Assembly (NCBI GenBank): GCA_041158505.1
Contig: JBEBBG010000015.1
Location: forward strand, 12,642-76,641
DNA: 64,000 nt
Direction of reading: 5' to 3'
Source: Candidatus Parcubacteria bacterium
GTDB lineage: Bacteria > Patescibacteriota > Minisyncoccia > Phycocordibacterales > JAACPR01
Part shown: positions 1 through 9,776 of the stretch, one piece after another
How positions within the stretch are numbered: the stretch's first letter is position 1
Layout of the letters: each line of letters opens with the position of its first letter
Notes under the pieces: generated by a model
What the model was told of the DNA's origin: nothing
Database searches by the model: none
The model's input: only the letters and a program-made list of their open reading frames with translations
Position numbers and translations under genes: made by a program

Positions 1-170
1 ACAGCATTGCGCAGCGATTCACCAATAGGGGCAACGTCTCCCGTGAGAGGACCAATAAAGCCAACCTTAATTGGTCCAGTTTCGCTTGGGCCACTTTTTT
101 GAAAGACAGCAAATACTACGAGAACAACGACGCCTACGAGAGCTGTGATCCATTTCTTTGAATTACTCAT
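1..170 (-). CDS. ABC transporter substrate-binding protein, LivJ/LivK-like (N-terminal part only; runs off the window edge)
   Basis: Manual translation MSNSKKWITALVGVVVLVVFAVFQKSGPSETGPIKVGFIGPLTGDVAPIGESLRNA: membrane anchor followed by the IKVG..GPLTG motif typical of type I periplasmic binding proteins. Confidence 0.75.
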   Translation of the reverse strand, partial: MSNSKKWITALVGVVVLVVFAVFQKSGPSETGPIKVGFIGPLTGDVAPIGESLRNA

Positions 171-252
171 TACGGTTTTAGTTATGCATGGCTAAATATT
201 TAGTTGCAATAGTACGATTCTGGGCTGATTTTGTAAAATCCGCTTAGCTTAC

Positions 253-290
253 ACACAAAAAGGCCGGCCCTTCGGGCCGGCCTTTTGTGT
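253..290. terminator. Intrinsic terminator downstream of rpsT
   Basis: AAAAGGCCGGCC-cTTCGg-GGCCGGCCTTTT hairpin with A/T tracts on both sides. Confidence 0.8.
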
Positions 291-307
291 TTTGAACGAA
301 ACGTTCG

Positions 308-580
308 TTACTTCGCTGCCTTTGCGCGCTTGATTGAAGCTGCGAGGCGTGACTTTCGTCGAGATGCGGTGTTCTTGGTAATGGTGTTCATCTTTGCAGC
401 CTTGTCGATTGCCTTGTATGCAGCTGCAAGCTGCTTCTCTGCTCCAGCAAAATCCTTTGCTGCAACAAGCTTCTCAACATCTTTGGTTGCTGCCTGAGCC
501 TTTCGGGTTCGGCGGATATTGAAGACACGCTTTTTGTCGGCGTTTCGTACGGCTTTCTTTGCTCCTTTTGTGATCGGCAT
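308..580 (-). CDS. rpsT: 30S ribosomal protein S20
   Basis: 90 aa, basic; MPITKGAKKAVR...AYKAIDKAAK...KNTASRRKSRL is the S20 signature; start moved to ATG 580. Confidence 0.96.
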   Translation of the reverse strand: MPITKGAKKAVRNADKKRVFNIRRTRKAQAATKDVEKLVAAKDFAGAEKQLAAAYKAIDKAAKMNTITKNTASRRKSRLAASIKRAKAAK

Positions 581-670
581 AGTGCGGATACTGTACCAAA
601 GAAGCCCAAAAAAGCAAGGTCTCTGGAGCCGCGACAAAACCAGCGCCCTTGCAAAGAAAAACACCCCCGC

Positions 671-958
671 TCACGCGTTGGGGTGTTTGGGTGCACGGAA
701 TCGCTCTTCGCCGGGAAAAACCGGCGGATGGGTTTGGATGGGGCCAGTTTGATGGCCCCCACGAAGCGAACGCCGGGGTTCTACCCTGGCCGAGTGAATG
801 CGGCCATCCGGCACATTCGACGGCAGGATTTCTCCCACATTATCCTCTTCATCCCCCAACGCAAGACTTCGGTTCAGCTGGCGCTCGTGTCGAACGCTTG
901 CCAAAAAGCCGAAGATTGCGAGTGCGAGTCCGTACGCGAAATTGAAAACGTTGCGCAT
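671..958 (-). CDS. Hypothetical small protein with N-terminal hydrophobic segment (ORFan)
   Basis: GGAGGAGGAG upstream of ATG 958; hydrophobic FAYGLALAIFGFLA; AAACACCCC/GGGGTGTTT hairpin over the stop. Confidence 0.5.
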   Translation of the reverse strand: MRNVFNFAYGLALAIFGFLASVRHERQLNRSLALGDEEDNVGEILPSNVPDGRIHSARVEPRRSLRGGHQTGPIQTHPPVFPGEERFRAPKHPNA

Positions 959-1042
959 ACTCCTCCTCCCTGTGAGCATACGTCACCTATAGAAAACGTC
1001 AATATGCCTTGAGAACGCCTCCTCGTGTATGATGGAACACAT

Positions 1043-1603
1043 ATGATTGCAAAGCTTCGCGGCACCGTTGATGAAGTTGGCGTCTCATCGCTTATCCTTG
1101 ATGTATCAGGGGTTGGCTACCTCGTCTTTGCACCCGGCAACGTGCTTGCCCACGTGCGCACCGGACAGGCAATCACCCTGTTCACCCACCACGCTATCCG
1201 CGAGCAATCATCAGACCTTTATGGATTCCTCGGGCAGGACGAGCTCTCATTCTTTGAGTTACTCCTCACCGTCTCGGGTATTGGTCCCAAATCAGCACTG
1301 GCAATTCTAAACACCGCACCGATTGAAACACTTCGTGAAGGTATTCAATCTGGTGACGCATCACACCTCACCAAAGTTGGAGGTATTGGCAAAAAGAGCG
1401 CAGAAAAGATTGTTGTTGAGCTCAAAGACAAGCTTGGTGGCTTTACCTACACAGGAGGAACAACTACAGGAAGCGGTGACGCAATTGAAGCGCTGACCGC
1501 CCTTGGCTACTCACTTGCAGAAGCTCGTGATGCAATTAAGCTAGTAGATAAAGACTTGTCGACCGAAGACATGGTCAAGCAAGCCCTTAAAACCTTACTG
1601 TAA
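1043..1603 (+). CDS. ruvA: Holliday junction branch migration protein RuvA
   Basis: MIAKLRG, DVSGVGY, LYGF, VSGIGPKSAL, GIGKKSAEKIVVELKDK, ALTALGY. Confidence 0.96.
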   Translation: MIAKLRGTVDEVGVSSLILDVSGVGYLVFAPGNVLAHVRTGQAITLFTHHAIREQSSDLYGFLGQDELSFFELLLTVSGIGPKSALAILNTAPIETLREGIQSGDASHLTKVGGIGKKSAEKIVVELKDKLGGFTYTGGTTTGSGDAIEALTALGYSLAEARDAIKLVDKDLSTEDMVKQALKTLL

Positions 1604-1607
1604 TCCC

Positions 1608-2867
1608 ATGCTCGAAACACTACTGCGAACTACGCAAAAAATCATTCCAAAGAAGCTCTACCGTGCAGGGCAACCTTTGTATCACTGGTTACTAGCTCTT
1701 GCGGGCGCTGTTCGATACGGCTTTCCGTCGCGACATATCAAAATCGTTGGCATCACAGGAACCAAAGGAAAAACAACAACGAGTGAGCTTGTCGCCGCAG
1801 TCCTTCGAGCCGCGGGACACAAGGTTGCGCTTGCAAATGGTATTCACTTTGTCATTGGTGACACCGAAGAGCGAAACACCTACAAAATGTCGATGCCAGG
1901 ACGTTTCTTTGTACAGCGTTTTATCAAGCGAGCGGTTGATGCAAAGTGCGACTGGCTCGTGCTCGAAATGACATCAGAAGGCGCAAAGCAATTTCGCCAC
2001 AAATGGATCTTCCTTGATGCGTTTATCTTTACCAACATTGCACCAGAGCACATTGAATCACACGGTTCATACGAAAAGTACCAAGAAGCAAAGCTTGCGC
2101 TCGCCGCTTCACTCAAAAAAAACACCAAAGAAACATACCTTATCGCCAACCGCGATGACGAGCTTACACCGCGATTCCTCGCAATTGGGGCCGCACATAA
2201 TCACACCTTCTCGCTTGATGACGTTCGCCCATTTAAAGCAGACCACGGTATTGAGTTGCGTGTTGGTGGCAGCACGGTGTACTCAAAGCTTCACGGCGAG
2301 TTTAATGTAAAGAACATTTTAGCTGCACTCACCTTTGGAAACGCGCTTGGCATTTCTACCGCGGCACTTAAAGAAGGCATTGAATCTGTTGAGCGAGTTC
2401 CTGGACGGACCGAGCAAGTTATCGCAACACCATTTGAGGTCTACGTTGATTACGCACACACCCCAGACTCACTTCGAGCACTCTACAGCTCATTCCCCAA
2501 CCAAAAGAAAATTTGCGTCCTTGGTAACACAGGAGGCGGACGAGACACCTGGAAACGACCAGACATGGCGGAGATTGCAGACGAATACTGCGACCACATT
2601 ATTCTCACAGACGAGGATCCTTATGATGAGGACCCAGACGCAATCATTGCGCAAATGCGCGTTGCCATTGCCGACACGCCTTGCGACGTCATTATGGATC
2701 GACGTAGTGCAATTAACACGGCACTTCGTCATGCACAAAAGGGCGATGTCGTCCTTGTTACCGGAAAAGGTACTGATCCATTCATCATGCGAGCAAACGG
2801 CACGCGTGAACCATGGTCAGATGCAGACGTCGTCCGCGAGGAGTTTGCGTCAATTCACACCGTGTAG
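1608..2867 (+). CDS. murE: Mur ligase, MurE-like
   Basis: GITGTKGKTTT P-loop, LEMTSEG, TNIAPEHIESH, VPGR, VDYAHTPD, GGGRD..KRP, GKG. Confidence 0.85.
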   Translation: MLETLLRTTQKIIPKKLYRAGQPLYHWLLALAGAVRYGFPSRHIKIVGITGTKGKTTTSELVAAVLRAAGHKVALANGIHFVIGDTEERNTYKMSMPGRFFVQRFIKRAVDAKCDWLVLEMTSEGAKQFRHKWIFLDAFIFTNIAPEHIESHGSYEKYQEAKLALAASLKKNTKETYLIANRDDELTPRFLAIGAAHNHTFSLDDVRPFKADHGIELRVGGSTVYSKLHGEFNVKNILAALTFGNALGISTAALKEGIESVERVPGRTEQVIATPFEVYVDYAHTPDSLRALYSSFPNQKKICVLGNTGGGRDTWKRPDMAEIADEYCDHIILTDEDPYDEDPDAIIAQMRVAIADTPCDVIMDRRSAINTALRHAQKGDVVLVTGKGTDPFIMRANGTREPWSDADVVREEFASIHTV

Positions 2868-2878
2868 CATCGCTACGA

Positions 2879-3910
2879 CTACTCCTTAGTAGTAAGGAAT
2901 GTTTGCAGGGCGCGCACGGTTTGTTCTGCCATCGCCGCAAACGTTTGCGAACGACTCTTTCCCGCAATCTCAGGTTCATAAATAAAACCATACTCAACAA
3001 GCACGGCGGCTGGTTGCAGCGTATTAAAAGCCCCAGTGGCAATTAACTCTTTGCTTTCGATGATGCCGGCACCTTCTGCAGGTAGCGTTGATGGTGTCTG
3101 GACTGTAGCGAGCGCCTGATGCAGGTGCCGCGCGAGCCGAAGGCTCGCGCGGCCATTTGAATACTGCAAAGACGGTGTGTACACCGCAAACCCCTCATAC
3201 TTCCCCGGCTTCTTTGCAGGTCGACCAGGATAATCATTAAAGTGCACATGTAACACAATGTCGAACTGCTGCTCATTTGCAAACAAGTTGATACCGTACA
3301 ACGTGCGCACCACAGGGGCAGCCGCGTCGTTGTGTTCTACGTTTTTATCACTTGTAATATCAAGCACAGGCTCAAGCACCGTTGTCAGCAGTTTATGCTC
3401 TTCTATAAATGCCTCGATTACCTCCTCCTCAGCATCGAGGAATGTTTCCAATGCTGGCACAAACCCCTCGTCAGTTGCGGCAAGCACAACAGTAAAACCC
3501 TCATCGGCGGCAAGTTCGTTTGCAATACGTGCCGCGAGCTCTCGAGTAAGATCAACCTCTCGAAGCATTTTGTACTGTGCACCCACATAGATGTCATCAT
3601 GACCAGGCACCACTAAAACCCTGACTGGCCCCTGCGCTGCCTCAGCACGAACCACGCCAATCACCGAAGCAAACTGCCCCACTTCGCGTGCCTCTGTAAA
3701 TAAAAAACCACTTTCCTGACGTGCTTGCCTGTATCGCACTTGGAGTGCTTCTGTATCCACCGTCTCACGAAAGTAACCACTCTCCTGCAAAGCGTGCGCC
3801 ACCGGAGTCACTGGCACGGCCTCTGGCAGCATATCACTTGGTGTTTGTGACGCCCACGCAGCAGCAAGCACAAGCAAAAGTCCCCAGACGACAAACACAT
3901 CAAATCGCAT
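2879..3910 (-). CDS. N-acetylmuramoyl-L-alanine amidase (Amidase_3-like), membrane-anchored
   Basis: VLVVPGHD...E...VHFND...PAAVLVEYGFI zinc/catalytic pattern; N-terminal TM from MRFDVF (ATG 3910). Confidence 0.75.
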   Translation of the reverse strand: MRFDVFVVWGLLLVLAAAWASQTPSDMLPEAVPVTPVAHALQESGYFRETVDTEALQVRYRQARQESGFLFTEAREVGQFASVIGVVRAEAAQGPVRVLVVPGHDDIYVGAQYKMLREVDLTRELAARIANELAADEGFTVVLAATDEGFVPALETFLDAEEEVIEAFIEEHKLLTTVLEPVLDITSDKNVEHNDAAAPVVRTLYGINLFANEQQFDIVLHVHFNDYPGRPAKKPGKYEGFAVYTPSLQYSNGRASLRLARHLHQALATVQTPSTLPAEGAGIIESKELIATGAFNTLQPAAVLVEYGFIYEPEIAGKSRSQTFAAMAEQTVRALQTFLTTKE

Positions 3911-3975
3911 GTCATATTCTATCGCGTGAAGTCGCCCTTGCACCAACCTCAAATGCCTCGTATGCTCAAAAAACC

Positions 3976-4920
3976 ATGCCTGAGCTTCCAGAAGTACACA
4001 CGACCGCGACCGAGCTTCGAAAGCTCGTTGTTGGAAAGACAATCGCTGACGTATGGGGTGGCTACAACTCACCACACTACTACGGCAAAGAACAGGTTAA
4101 AGATCCAGTGTATTTCAAAACCTTTAAAAAAGAGGTTATTGGAACAACCATTACCGACACGGGGCGCGTTGGTAAAAACGTGCTCATACACCTCAATACT
4201 GGCAAGACAATTCTTGTACACATGAAAATGACCGGCCACCTCCTCTACGGTGTGTACACATACAGCACGAAGCAAGCGACATGGTTTGCGACAGAGGAAG
4301 GGCCGCTTCGAGATGATCCGTGGAATGGATTTATTCGACTTGTCTTCTCGTTTAGTGATGGCACACACCTCGCACTTTCAGATTTACGGAAGTTCGCAAA
4401 AGTCACCCTCCTCAGCACAAACGAGTTAGAAACACATCCCGACCTTGCAGTACTTGGCCCCGACCCACTTGAGCAAACATTTTCATACAAAATCTTTTCT
4501 GAACGCCTAAAGCAGCGACCGCGCACACCAGTCAAGCAAGCACTGATGGATCAAACGCTCATCGCTGGTGTCGGCAACATTTACTCAGACGAAGCGCTTT
4601 GGCTTGCGGGCATCAATCCACACACACCGGTCGCAGCGCTTTCTCCAGCAGAAATGAAAAAGCTATTTACCGCTGTTCAAAACATTCTAAAAACAGGTAT
4701 TGATTTTCGTGGCGACTCTACATCTGACTACCGAACCCCAAATGGCCTCCCGGGCGCCTTTCAGCACGAGCACCAGGTGTACCGACGCACAAAAAAACCA
4801 TGCACCAAGAAAAGTTGCACCGGCACCATCAATCGGTCAGTCATCGGCGGACGAAGCGCGCACTACTGCCCCACCTGCCAACCATCCGTCACAAAAAGAA
4901 AAACTCGCAAACGTAACTAA
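3976..4920 (+). CDS. mutM: Formamidopyrimidine-DNA glycosylase Fpg/MutM
   Basis: MPELPEV start, HMKMTG, LGPDPL, IAGVGNIYSDEAL (H2TH), C-terminal zinc finger GGRSAHYCPTCQ. Confidence 0.96.
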   Translation: MPELPEVHTTATELRKLVVGKTIADVWGGYNSPHYYGKEQVKDPVYFKTFKKEVIGTTITDTGRVGKNVLIHLNTGKTILVHMKMTGHLLYGVYTYSTKQATWFATEEGPLRDDPWNGFIRLVFSFSDGTHLALSDLRKFAKVTLLSTNELETHPDLAVLGPDPLEQTFSYKIFSERLKQRPRTPVKQALMDQTLIAGVGNIYSDEALWLAGINPHTPVAALSPAEMKKLFTAVQNILKTGIDFRGDSTSDYRTPNGLPGAFQHEHQVYRRTKKPCTKKSCTGTINRSVIGGRSAHYCPTCQPSVTKRKTRKRN

Positions 4921-4954
4921 GCGAGTATTGTGGAGCGTTCGAGCGCATGCTGCC

Positions 4955-5557
4955 TTATGGATCATCTGGATCGATAATCAAATCAGCATCACCTCTTTCA
5001 ACATCTGGTAGGCCATCCCCGAAAAGTGGTGACGGATAGAAAATGCGAGAACCTGTTGGTATACAACCAGACGGTCGCGAGACAGGTTCTGCATCAAGCA
5101 CCCAGCCTTCATTGTGATTGCTTCCGGTAAACACAATACTCACAATCACATCCTTACCAAACCGGTCAGGGATGTAGAAAATGTTTGACATGAGGGCTGT
5201 CCGCAGCAACGGGCCAATCGTGCTACCAAACACTCCGTGCATCTGAAGCAGCCTGAAAATGATTTCTGCAGAAAGTCGTGCCAGCTCAATACCGCCGATC
5301 TTGGCAAGCATGTCTCGATGTGACACAAGGCTGTTTATACGAATAGACATCACACGGACCGGCTTCCAGGAACGACAAATAACTCCAGGGTCATGAGTCA
5401 CATGACGCATAAACGCATCAGTCATGCGCACAATAGGCAGTGACGCTCGAGGATCATCCTTGAGGACAAATCTGCGAGCAGCACAGAAGGGACGTTGCAA
5501 TGGTTGCAAGTCAAACGTGGAACGCTCAAGCACAAAAGGATCTTTTTTCTTTGCCAT
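4955..5557 (-). CDS. Hypothetical protein, possible CLec-like/DGR-target-like C-terminus
   Basis: 200-aa ORF filling the gap between mutM and the TrmH gene; C-terminal NIFYIPD..G...V.I.F....GW.LDA.PV.......GSRIF. Confidence 0.6.
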   Translation of the reverse strand: MAKKKDPFVLERSTFDLQPLQRPFCAARRFVLKDDPRASLPIVRMTDAFMRHVTHDPGVICRSWKPVRVMSIRINSLVSHRDMLAKIGGIELARLSAEIIFRLLQMHGVFGSTIGPLLRTALMSNIFYIPDRFGKDVIVSIVFTGSNHNEGWVLDAEPVSRPSGCIPTGSRIFYPSPLFGDGLPDVERGDADLIIDPDDP

Positions 5558-5601
5558 ACATTAAGACAAGAGTGATTTCCTTGACGCTACCGCGCCACCC
5601 A

Positions 5602-6081
5602 CTACCTGTCAAATAAACGAAAAAGTGCGATTCCGGTGGCAACAGAAACATTTAGGGATTCTTTCATCCCGCGCATTGGAATCTCAATCACCGTATCCGC
5701 ACGCACAAGCGCTTCCTTAGAAACACCTTCCACCTCATTACCAACGATGAGCACAACGCGCTCGTTGGGGACAATATATTTATAGTCCACTGAATCAGTA
5801 GTCTGCTCAAGCGCAAGCAGCTGAAACCCATCTGCACGCAGTGTCTCAAGGATCGGCACAATCTCTGGAACCGATTTCCATACCACTCGCTGCTCGGCGC
5901 CAAGCGCACTCTTCACCACATCTTTCTGCGGCCTTCCAAAACGATCAATCGGCGCAGGTGTATATCCAACCAAGATAATCGTATCAATACCAATCGCGTC
6001 AGCAGTCCGAAACATCGCCCCGACGTTTTGAGCGCTACGAATATTTTCCAAAATAAGGATTTTTTGCGTATTTAGGGTCAT
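5602..6081 (-). CDS. TrmH/SpoU-family RNA methyltransferase
   Basis: ENIRSAQNVGAMFRTADA, GNEVEGVS, IPMRGMKESLNVSVA SPOUT motifs. Confidence 0.92.
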   Translation of the reverse strand: MTLNTQKILILENIRSAQNVGAMFRTADAIGIDTIILVGYTPAPIDRFGRPQKDVVKSALGAEQRVVWKSVPEIVPILETLRADGFQLLALEQTTDSVDYKYIVPNERVVLIVGNEVEGVSKEALVRADTVIEIPMRGMKESLNVSVATGIALFRLFDR

Positions 6082-6114
6082 TGGGTATAGTATGGCAGCT
6101 ATACTACACAGATT

Positions 6115-6519
6115 ATGGTAAATGTCTTCCCAACACTACTTTCATTTAGTGCTTTCGCCCCACTCCTGCTGCGGGCGTCTCTTGGTATAACTCTGATTGT
6201 CTTTGCACTACAGATGATGAAGAGTAAGCGCATCGGCATGACCGCGTACTTTGAGGCAAATGGCTACCCCGTAGCGGCTGTCCTTCCATTCCTCCTTGGC
6301 CTTATCTCCTTCTTGTCTGGTCTCTTTCTTATTTTTGGTTTCTTTACACAAGTTGCCGCACTCACAACGTTCTACGTGTTCCTCAACATGATGTACATTG
6401 AGCGCCGAGATGAGAAACTCTTTACGTTCACGCAGCCCGCATACCTACTGCTTCTCATCATCGCCACATCGCTTCTCTTTAGTGGTGCTGGCGCCTGGTC
6501 CCTCGACCTCGCCGTGTAG
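6115..6519 (+). CDS. DoxX-family membrane protein
   Basis: Four TM segments; LLLR..LG, LIFGFFTQVAA, GAGAWSLD. Confidence 0.8.
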   Translation: MVNVFPTLLSFSAFAPLLLRASLGITLIVFALQMMKSKRIGMTAYFEANGYPVAAVLPFLLGLISFLSGLFLIFGFFTQVAALTTFYVFLNMMYIERRDEKLFTFTQPAYLLLLIIATSLLFSGAGAWSLDLAV

Positions 6520-6567
6520 CGCTAGCATTTCTGAGCGAAAAATTGTACTCTAGACCACACACCATAT

Positions 6568-6640
6568 CCGCCCATAGCTCAGTCGGTAGAGCAGCAGCCT
6601 TTTAAGCTGACGGTCGCAGGTTCGATCCCTGCTGGGCGGA
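6568..6640 (+). tRNA. tRNA-Lys(UUU); CCA not encoded
   Basis: Acceptor CCGCCCA/TGGGCGG, D arm GCTC-AGTCGGTA-GAGC, anticodon loop CT-TTT-AA, T arm GCAGG-TTCGATC-CCTGC. Confidence 0.95.
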
Positions 6641-6668
6641 CAAGAACATACAACGTTTCGAAAGGTTT

Positions 6669-7379
6669 TTATATAGCAAGAAGCAACCGTTCGAGCGCAA
6701 TAGAAAAATCGTGCGTACCACGACGTGCCTCGTGCGACACCTCAATGAGTGCGCGCGACAGGTGTAGAAGCTCTGTTTCGGTGTAGTTTTTTGCGAACCG
6801 TTTTGCCTTTCCAAAAGGAAACGTTTTCATTCCTGCGTCATCTGCGTCTTTTGCCCGAACGGCGAGCAGCATACTCTTCACCTGCCAAAAGAGAACACCG
6901 TGGATTTCTTCAACCGCGGCATTACTGAGCGCATCAATGTACCCAACCCACAACCGCTTCTTGTCTCGTTCACCAAGTGCATCTGCAAGTGGAAAGAGGT
7001 TGTACTCGACTTTTTGTTTTTCAGACGCACCTTTACACTCCTGCACCTTTGCAGCGTGCTTTTCTATTTTTTTAAGATCAGCAGCAGTTACAGACGCCTC
7101 AACCCAAATAAATACATTAGGAGATTCGGCGAGCTCTTTGAGCGCCCCAAGCACCATGCTCGAAACATCATCTCGATCAAACACACGCCGAAGCTCCACG
7201 ATGTACCGCTCAGAAAAAAGACCTTGCCCACCAACGAATTCCTGAAACTCAGCATCGCTCCAGTGATCGCTATCAAGCTTAAATCGAGCAGCGTTTGGTT
7301 GGCGCGACAGAAGTGCGTCGACGGTTAGTCGCGCCTTGGCAACCGCTTTTGTCATGTCGCCGTAAATAAAGTAGAGCAT
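6669..7379 (-). CDS. holA: DNA polymerase III delta subunit-like (short HolA)
   Basis: MLYFIYG-D start, GLFSERYIV, YNLFPLADAL, FPFGKAKRFAKNY...L, C-terminal LERLLL. Confidence 0.7.
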   Translation of the reverse strand: MLYFIYGDMTKAVAKARLTVDALLSRQPNAARFKLDSDHWSDAEFQEFVGGQGLFSERYIVELRRVFDRDDVSSMVLGALKELAESPNVFIWVEASVTAADLKKIEKHAAKVQECKGASEKQKVEYNLFPLADALGERDKKRLWVGYIDALSNAAVEEIHGVLFWQVKSMLLAVRAKDADDAGMKTFPFGKAKRFAKNYTETELLHLSRALIEVSHEARRGTHDFSIALERLLLAI

Positions 7380-7397
7380 ACCTACAGTATATCGTTT

Positions 7398-9776
7398 CTA
7401 TAATCGTTTGAGCTCACCCCAACTCGTCCCCGCCGCTGCCTCAACCACCAGCGGCACACCATGTCCCCACTCACTCGGAAGCACTCCTTCCATAATTACT
7501 TTGAGTTTTGGCACCACCTCGAGCACCTTGCTCTCCGTAACTTCAAACACAAGTTCATCATGCACCTGAAGCAGCAGCTGTACGTCTTTAGAAAGTTGTT
7601 CCTCTTTCAGAAATGCTGCAACCCGCACCATCGCAAGCTTAATAATGTCTGCTTCTGCTCCTTGAATCGGCGCGTTAATTGCCATACGCTCAGCCTGTGC
7701 CCGAATAAAGGGTAGTGATGACTGGATACCCTCAAAGTATCGGCGCCGCCCAAACATGGTGGTTACGTACCCCTGACGCGCAGCAAGCTTTTTTGTGTCG
7801 TCGAGGTACGCCGCGAGTTTAGTGAACGTATTGAAGTACTCATCATAAAACTGCTGCGCCTCCTTACGATCGGTTTTCAAATTTTTCTGCAGTGCAGAGA
7901 CACCCATGCCGTAGAGAATGCCGAAATTGATTGTCTTTGCCTTGGTGCGCATCGCCTTGGTAACCTCGTCGACAGGAACCTTAAAGACGAATGATGCAAC
8001 ACTCGAGTGAATATCATTCCCGTTCGTAAATGACTCAATCAACTTAGGATCACGCGACAGCATTGCCGCAATGCGTAGCTCAACCTGCGAGTAATCAATG
8101 GCAAGCAGCCGCTTCCCTTTTGGTGCCACAAATGCATTTCGAATTCGACGCCCAAGCTCAGTCTTTGTTGGAATATTTTGAATATTTGGATCATGTGATG
8201 CCATACGGCCCGTGGTGCTGCCCGCCTGCAAAAAGGTTGTGTGCAAACGACCATCCTTCCCGAGCTGCTCTGGTAACTTGTCGATGTACGTACCGAGGAG
8301 TTTTGCGAGCTCACGATACTGCATAATCTTTTCGGCAATTGGATGCACGTCGACAAGCTTTTCGAGCACATCTTCTTTGGTTGAGTATGCGCCCGCAGAA
8401 GTCTTTCGCATGCCCGCATACTTGAGCCCCATCTTTGTAAATAAAACTTCAGCGAGTTGCTTTGGAGAATTAACGTTAAACTCCTCGCCTGCAAGCGCAA
8501 AAATTTCTTTCTCAAGCTTCTTAAGCTCAGCTGTGTACTCTTTTGAAAGAGCTTTGAGCACCTTTGTATCAACGGCAATACCGACCTCGTGCATTTTCTC
8601 AAGCACGGGGATGAGCGGCTTTTCAATATCTTCATACACCATCGTAAGACCTTGTTGCTCAATATCTTTGAGGACACGTTCTTTTGCTATGCTCCACGAC
8701 TCCGTCTTTGCACCATGAAGCACGTCTTGTACCGTTGGGTTTGTTGCAGATGAGTTGAGCAACCAAAACGCAAGTGCAATTTCCTTTTGCTCCCGAGGAT
8801 CAATAGCCGCCTGCGACAAAGCTTCTTCTTTACTCGTTTCACCATCGCCAAAAAGTGTGTGCACTCGTTCGATAAGCGAACGAAACTCAAGCTCCCGAAA
8901 GAGCGCCGTCATGCTCGTCAGCGGTGGTGCCTCAAACCATGATGTATTGGGAACTTCAATCGTAACAGGCGCATCTCGCCGAATCGTTGCAAGCATCTTA
9001 CTAAATGCTGCCTCTTCGCGGTGCTCCTCAAGAAGCGTGATGATGCGTGGTGTAATGCCTGCGATTTTCAAACGCTCATCGCTCGCATCAACTGCTTCGT
9101 AGAGCGCCTCGATGGTGCCAAACGTTGCAAGGAGTGTCGTGGCAGTTTTTTCACCAATGCCCGGCACGCCGATGATGTTGTCTGACGGATCGCCGCGAAG
9201 TCCTTTGAAGTCGACAAGTTGTGCCGGCGAAAAACCAAAGCGCTCGCGGACCGCATCCTCATCGTAGGTGACCGTATCTTTAATTCCCTTCCGAAGAGTG
9301 AAGACACGTACCTGCGTGCCGAGCACGAGCTGCATCGTGTCCATGTCGCCCGACGCGATGATAATTTCGTACGAAGGATTTGCCGCGAGCTGCGTCACTG
9401 CCGTACCAATAATGTCGTCAGCTTCAAATCCTTCCGCTTCGTAAATCGGAATATTGAATGCTTTAAAGACATCACGTGCCCGGTTGAGCTGCTTACTCAA
9501 GTTTTCATCGAGGGCTTTTCGTCCTGATTTGTAGTCGGCATACGCTTCGTGTCGATACGTTGGTTTCGGCAAATCAAATGCTGCAACCATAAAATCTGGT
9601 TTGAACTGATTAATGATCGACATCAGCATCGTCGAGAGACCGTAGAGCGCGCCCGTTGGTTCACCTGTCGACGAGGTAAAGTCCGGCAACGCGTGGTATG
9701 CACGATGAATAATCGCGTGTGCATCAAAGAGCACAATTTTTTTATTACTGTGTTTAGGTTGTGCTGGCATAGGCAA
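7398..9776 (-). CDS. polA: DNA polymerase I (5'-3' exonuclease + polymerase; 3'-5' exonuclease region largely missing)
   Basis: DAHAIIHRAYHA, FEADD, GDPSDNIIGVPGIGEKTA, TGRMAS.DPNIQNIP, DYSQVELR, KTINFGILYG, LLLQVHDEL. Confidence 0.97.
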   Translation of the reverse strand: MPMPAQPKHSNKKIVLFDAHAIIHRAYHALPDFTSSTGEPTGALYGLSTMLMSIINQFKPDFMVAAFDLPKPTYRHEAYADYKSGRKALDENLSKQLNRARDVFKAFNIPIYEAEGFEADDIIGTAVTQLAANPSYEIIIASGDMDTMQLVLGTQVRVFTLRKGIKDTVTYDEDAVRERFGFSPAQLVDFKGLRGDPSDNIIGVPGIGEKTATTLLATFGTIEALYEAVDASDERLKIAGITPRIITLLEEHREEAAFSKMLATIRRDAPVTIEVPNTSWFEAPPLTSMTALFRELEFRSLIERVHTLFGDGETSKEEALSQAAIDPREQKEIALAFWLLNSSATNPTVQDVLHGAKTESWSIAKERVLKDIEQQGLTMVYEDIEKPLIPVLEKMHEVGIAVDTKVLKALSKEYTAELKKLEKEIFALAGEEFNVNSPKQLAEVLFTKMGLKYAGMRKTSAGAYSTKEDVLEKLVDVHPIAEKIMQYRELAKLLGTYIDKLPEQLGKDGRLHTTFLQAGSTTGRMASHDPNIQNIPTKTELGRRIRNAFVAPKGKRLLAIDYSQVELRIAAMLSRDPKLIESFTNGNDIHSSVASFVFKVPVDEVTKAMRTKAKTINFGILYGMGVSALQKNLKTDRKEAQQFYDEYFNTFTKLAAYLDDTKKLAARQGYVTTMFGRRRYFEGIQSSLPFIRAQAERMAINAPIQGAEADIIKLAMVRVAAFLKEEQLSKDVQLLLQVHDELVFEVTESKVLEVVPKLKVIMEGVLPSEWGHGVPLVVEAAAGTSWGELKRL

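Noticed and set aside
3721-4075. Apparent long overlap of the amidase and mutM ORFs, and similar N-terminal extensions of rpsT, xth, MYG1 and the 793-aa ORF
   Set aside because: Artefact of longest-ORF calling. Motif-based starts (ATG 3910 and ATG 3976) leave a normal divergent gap.
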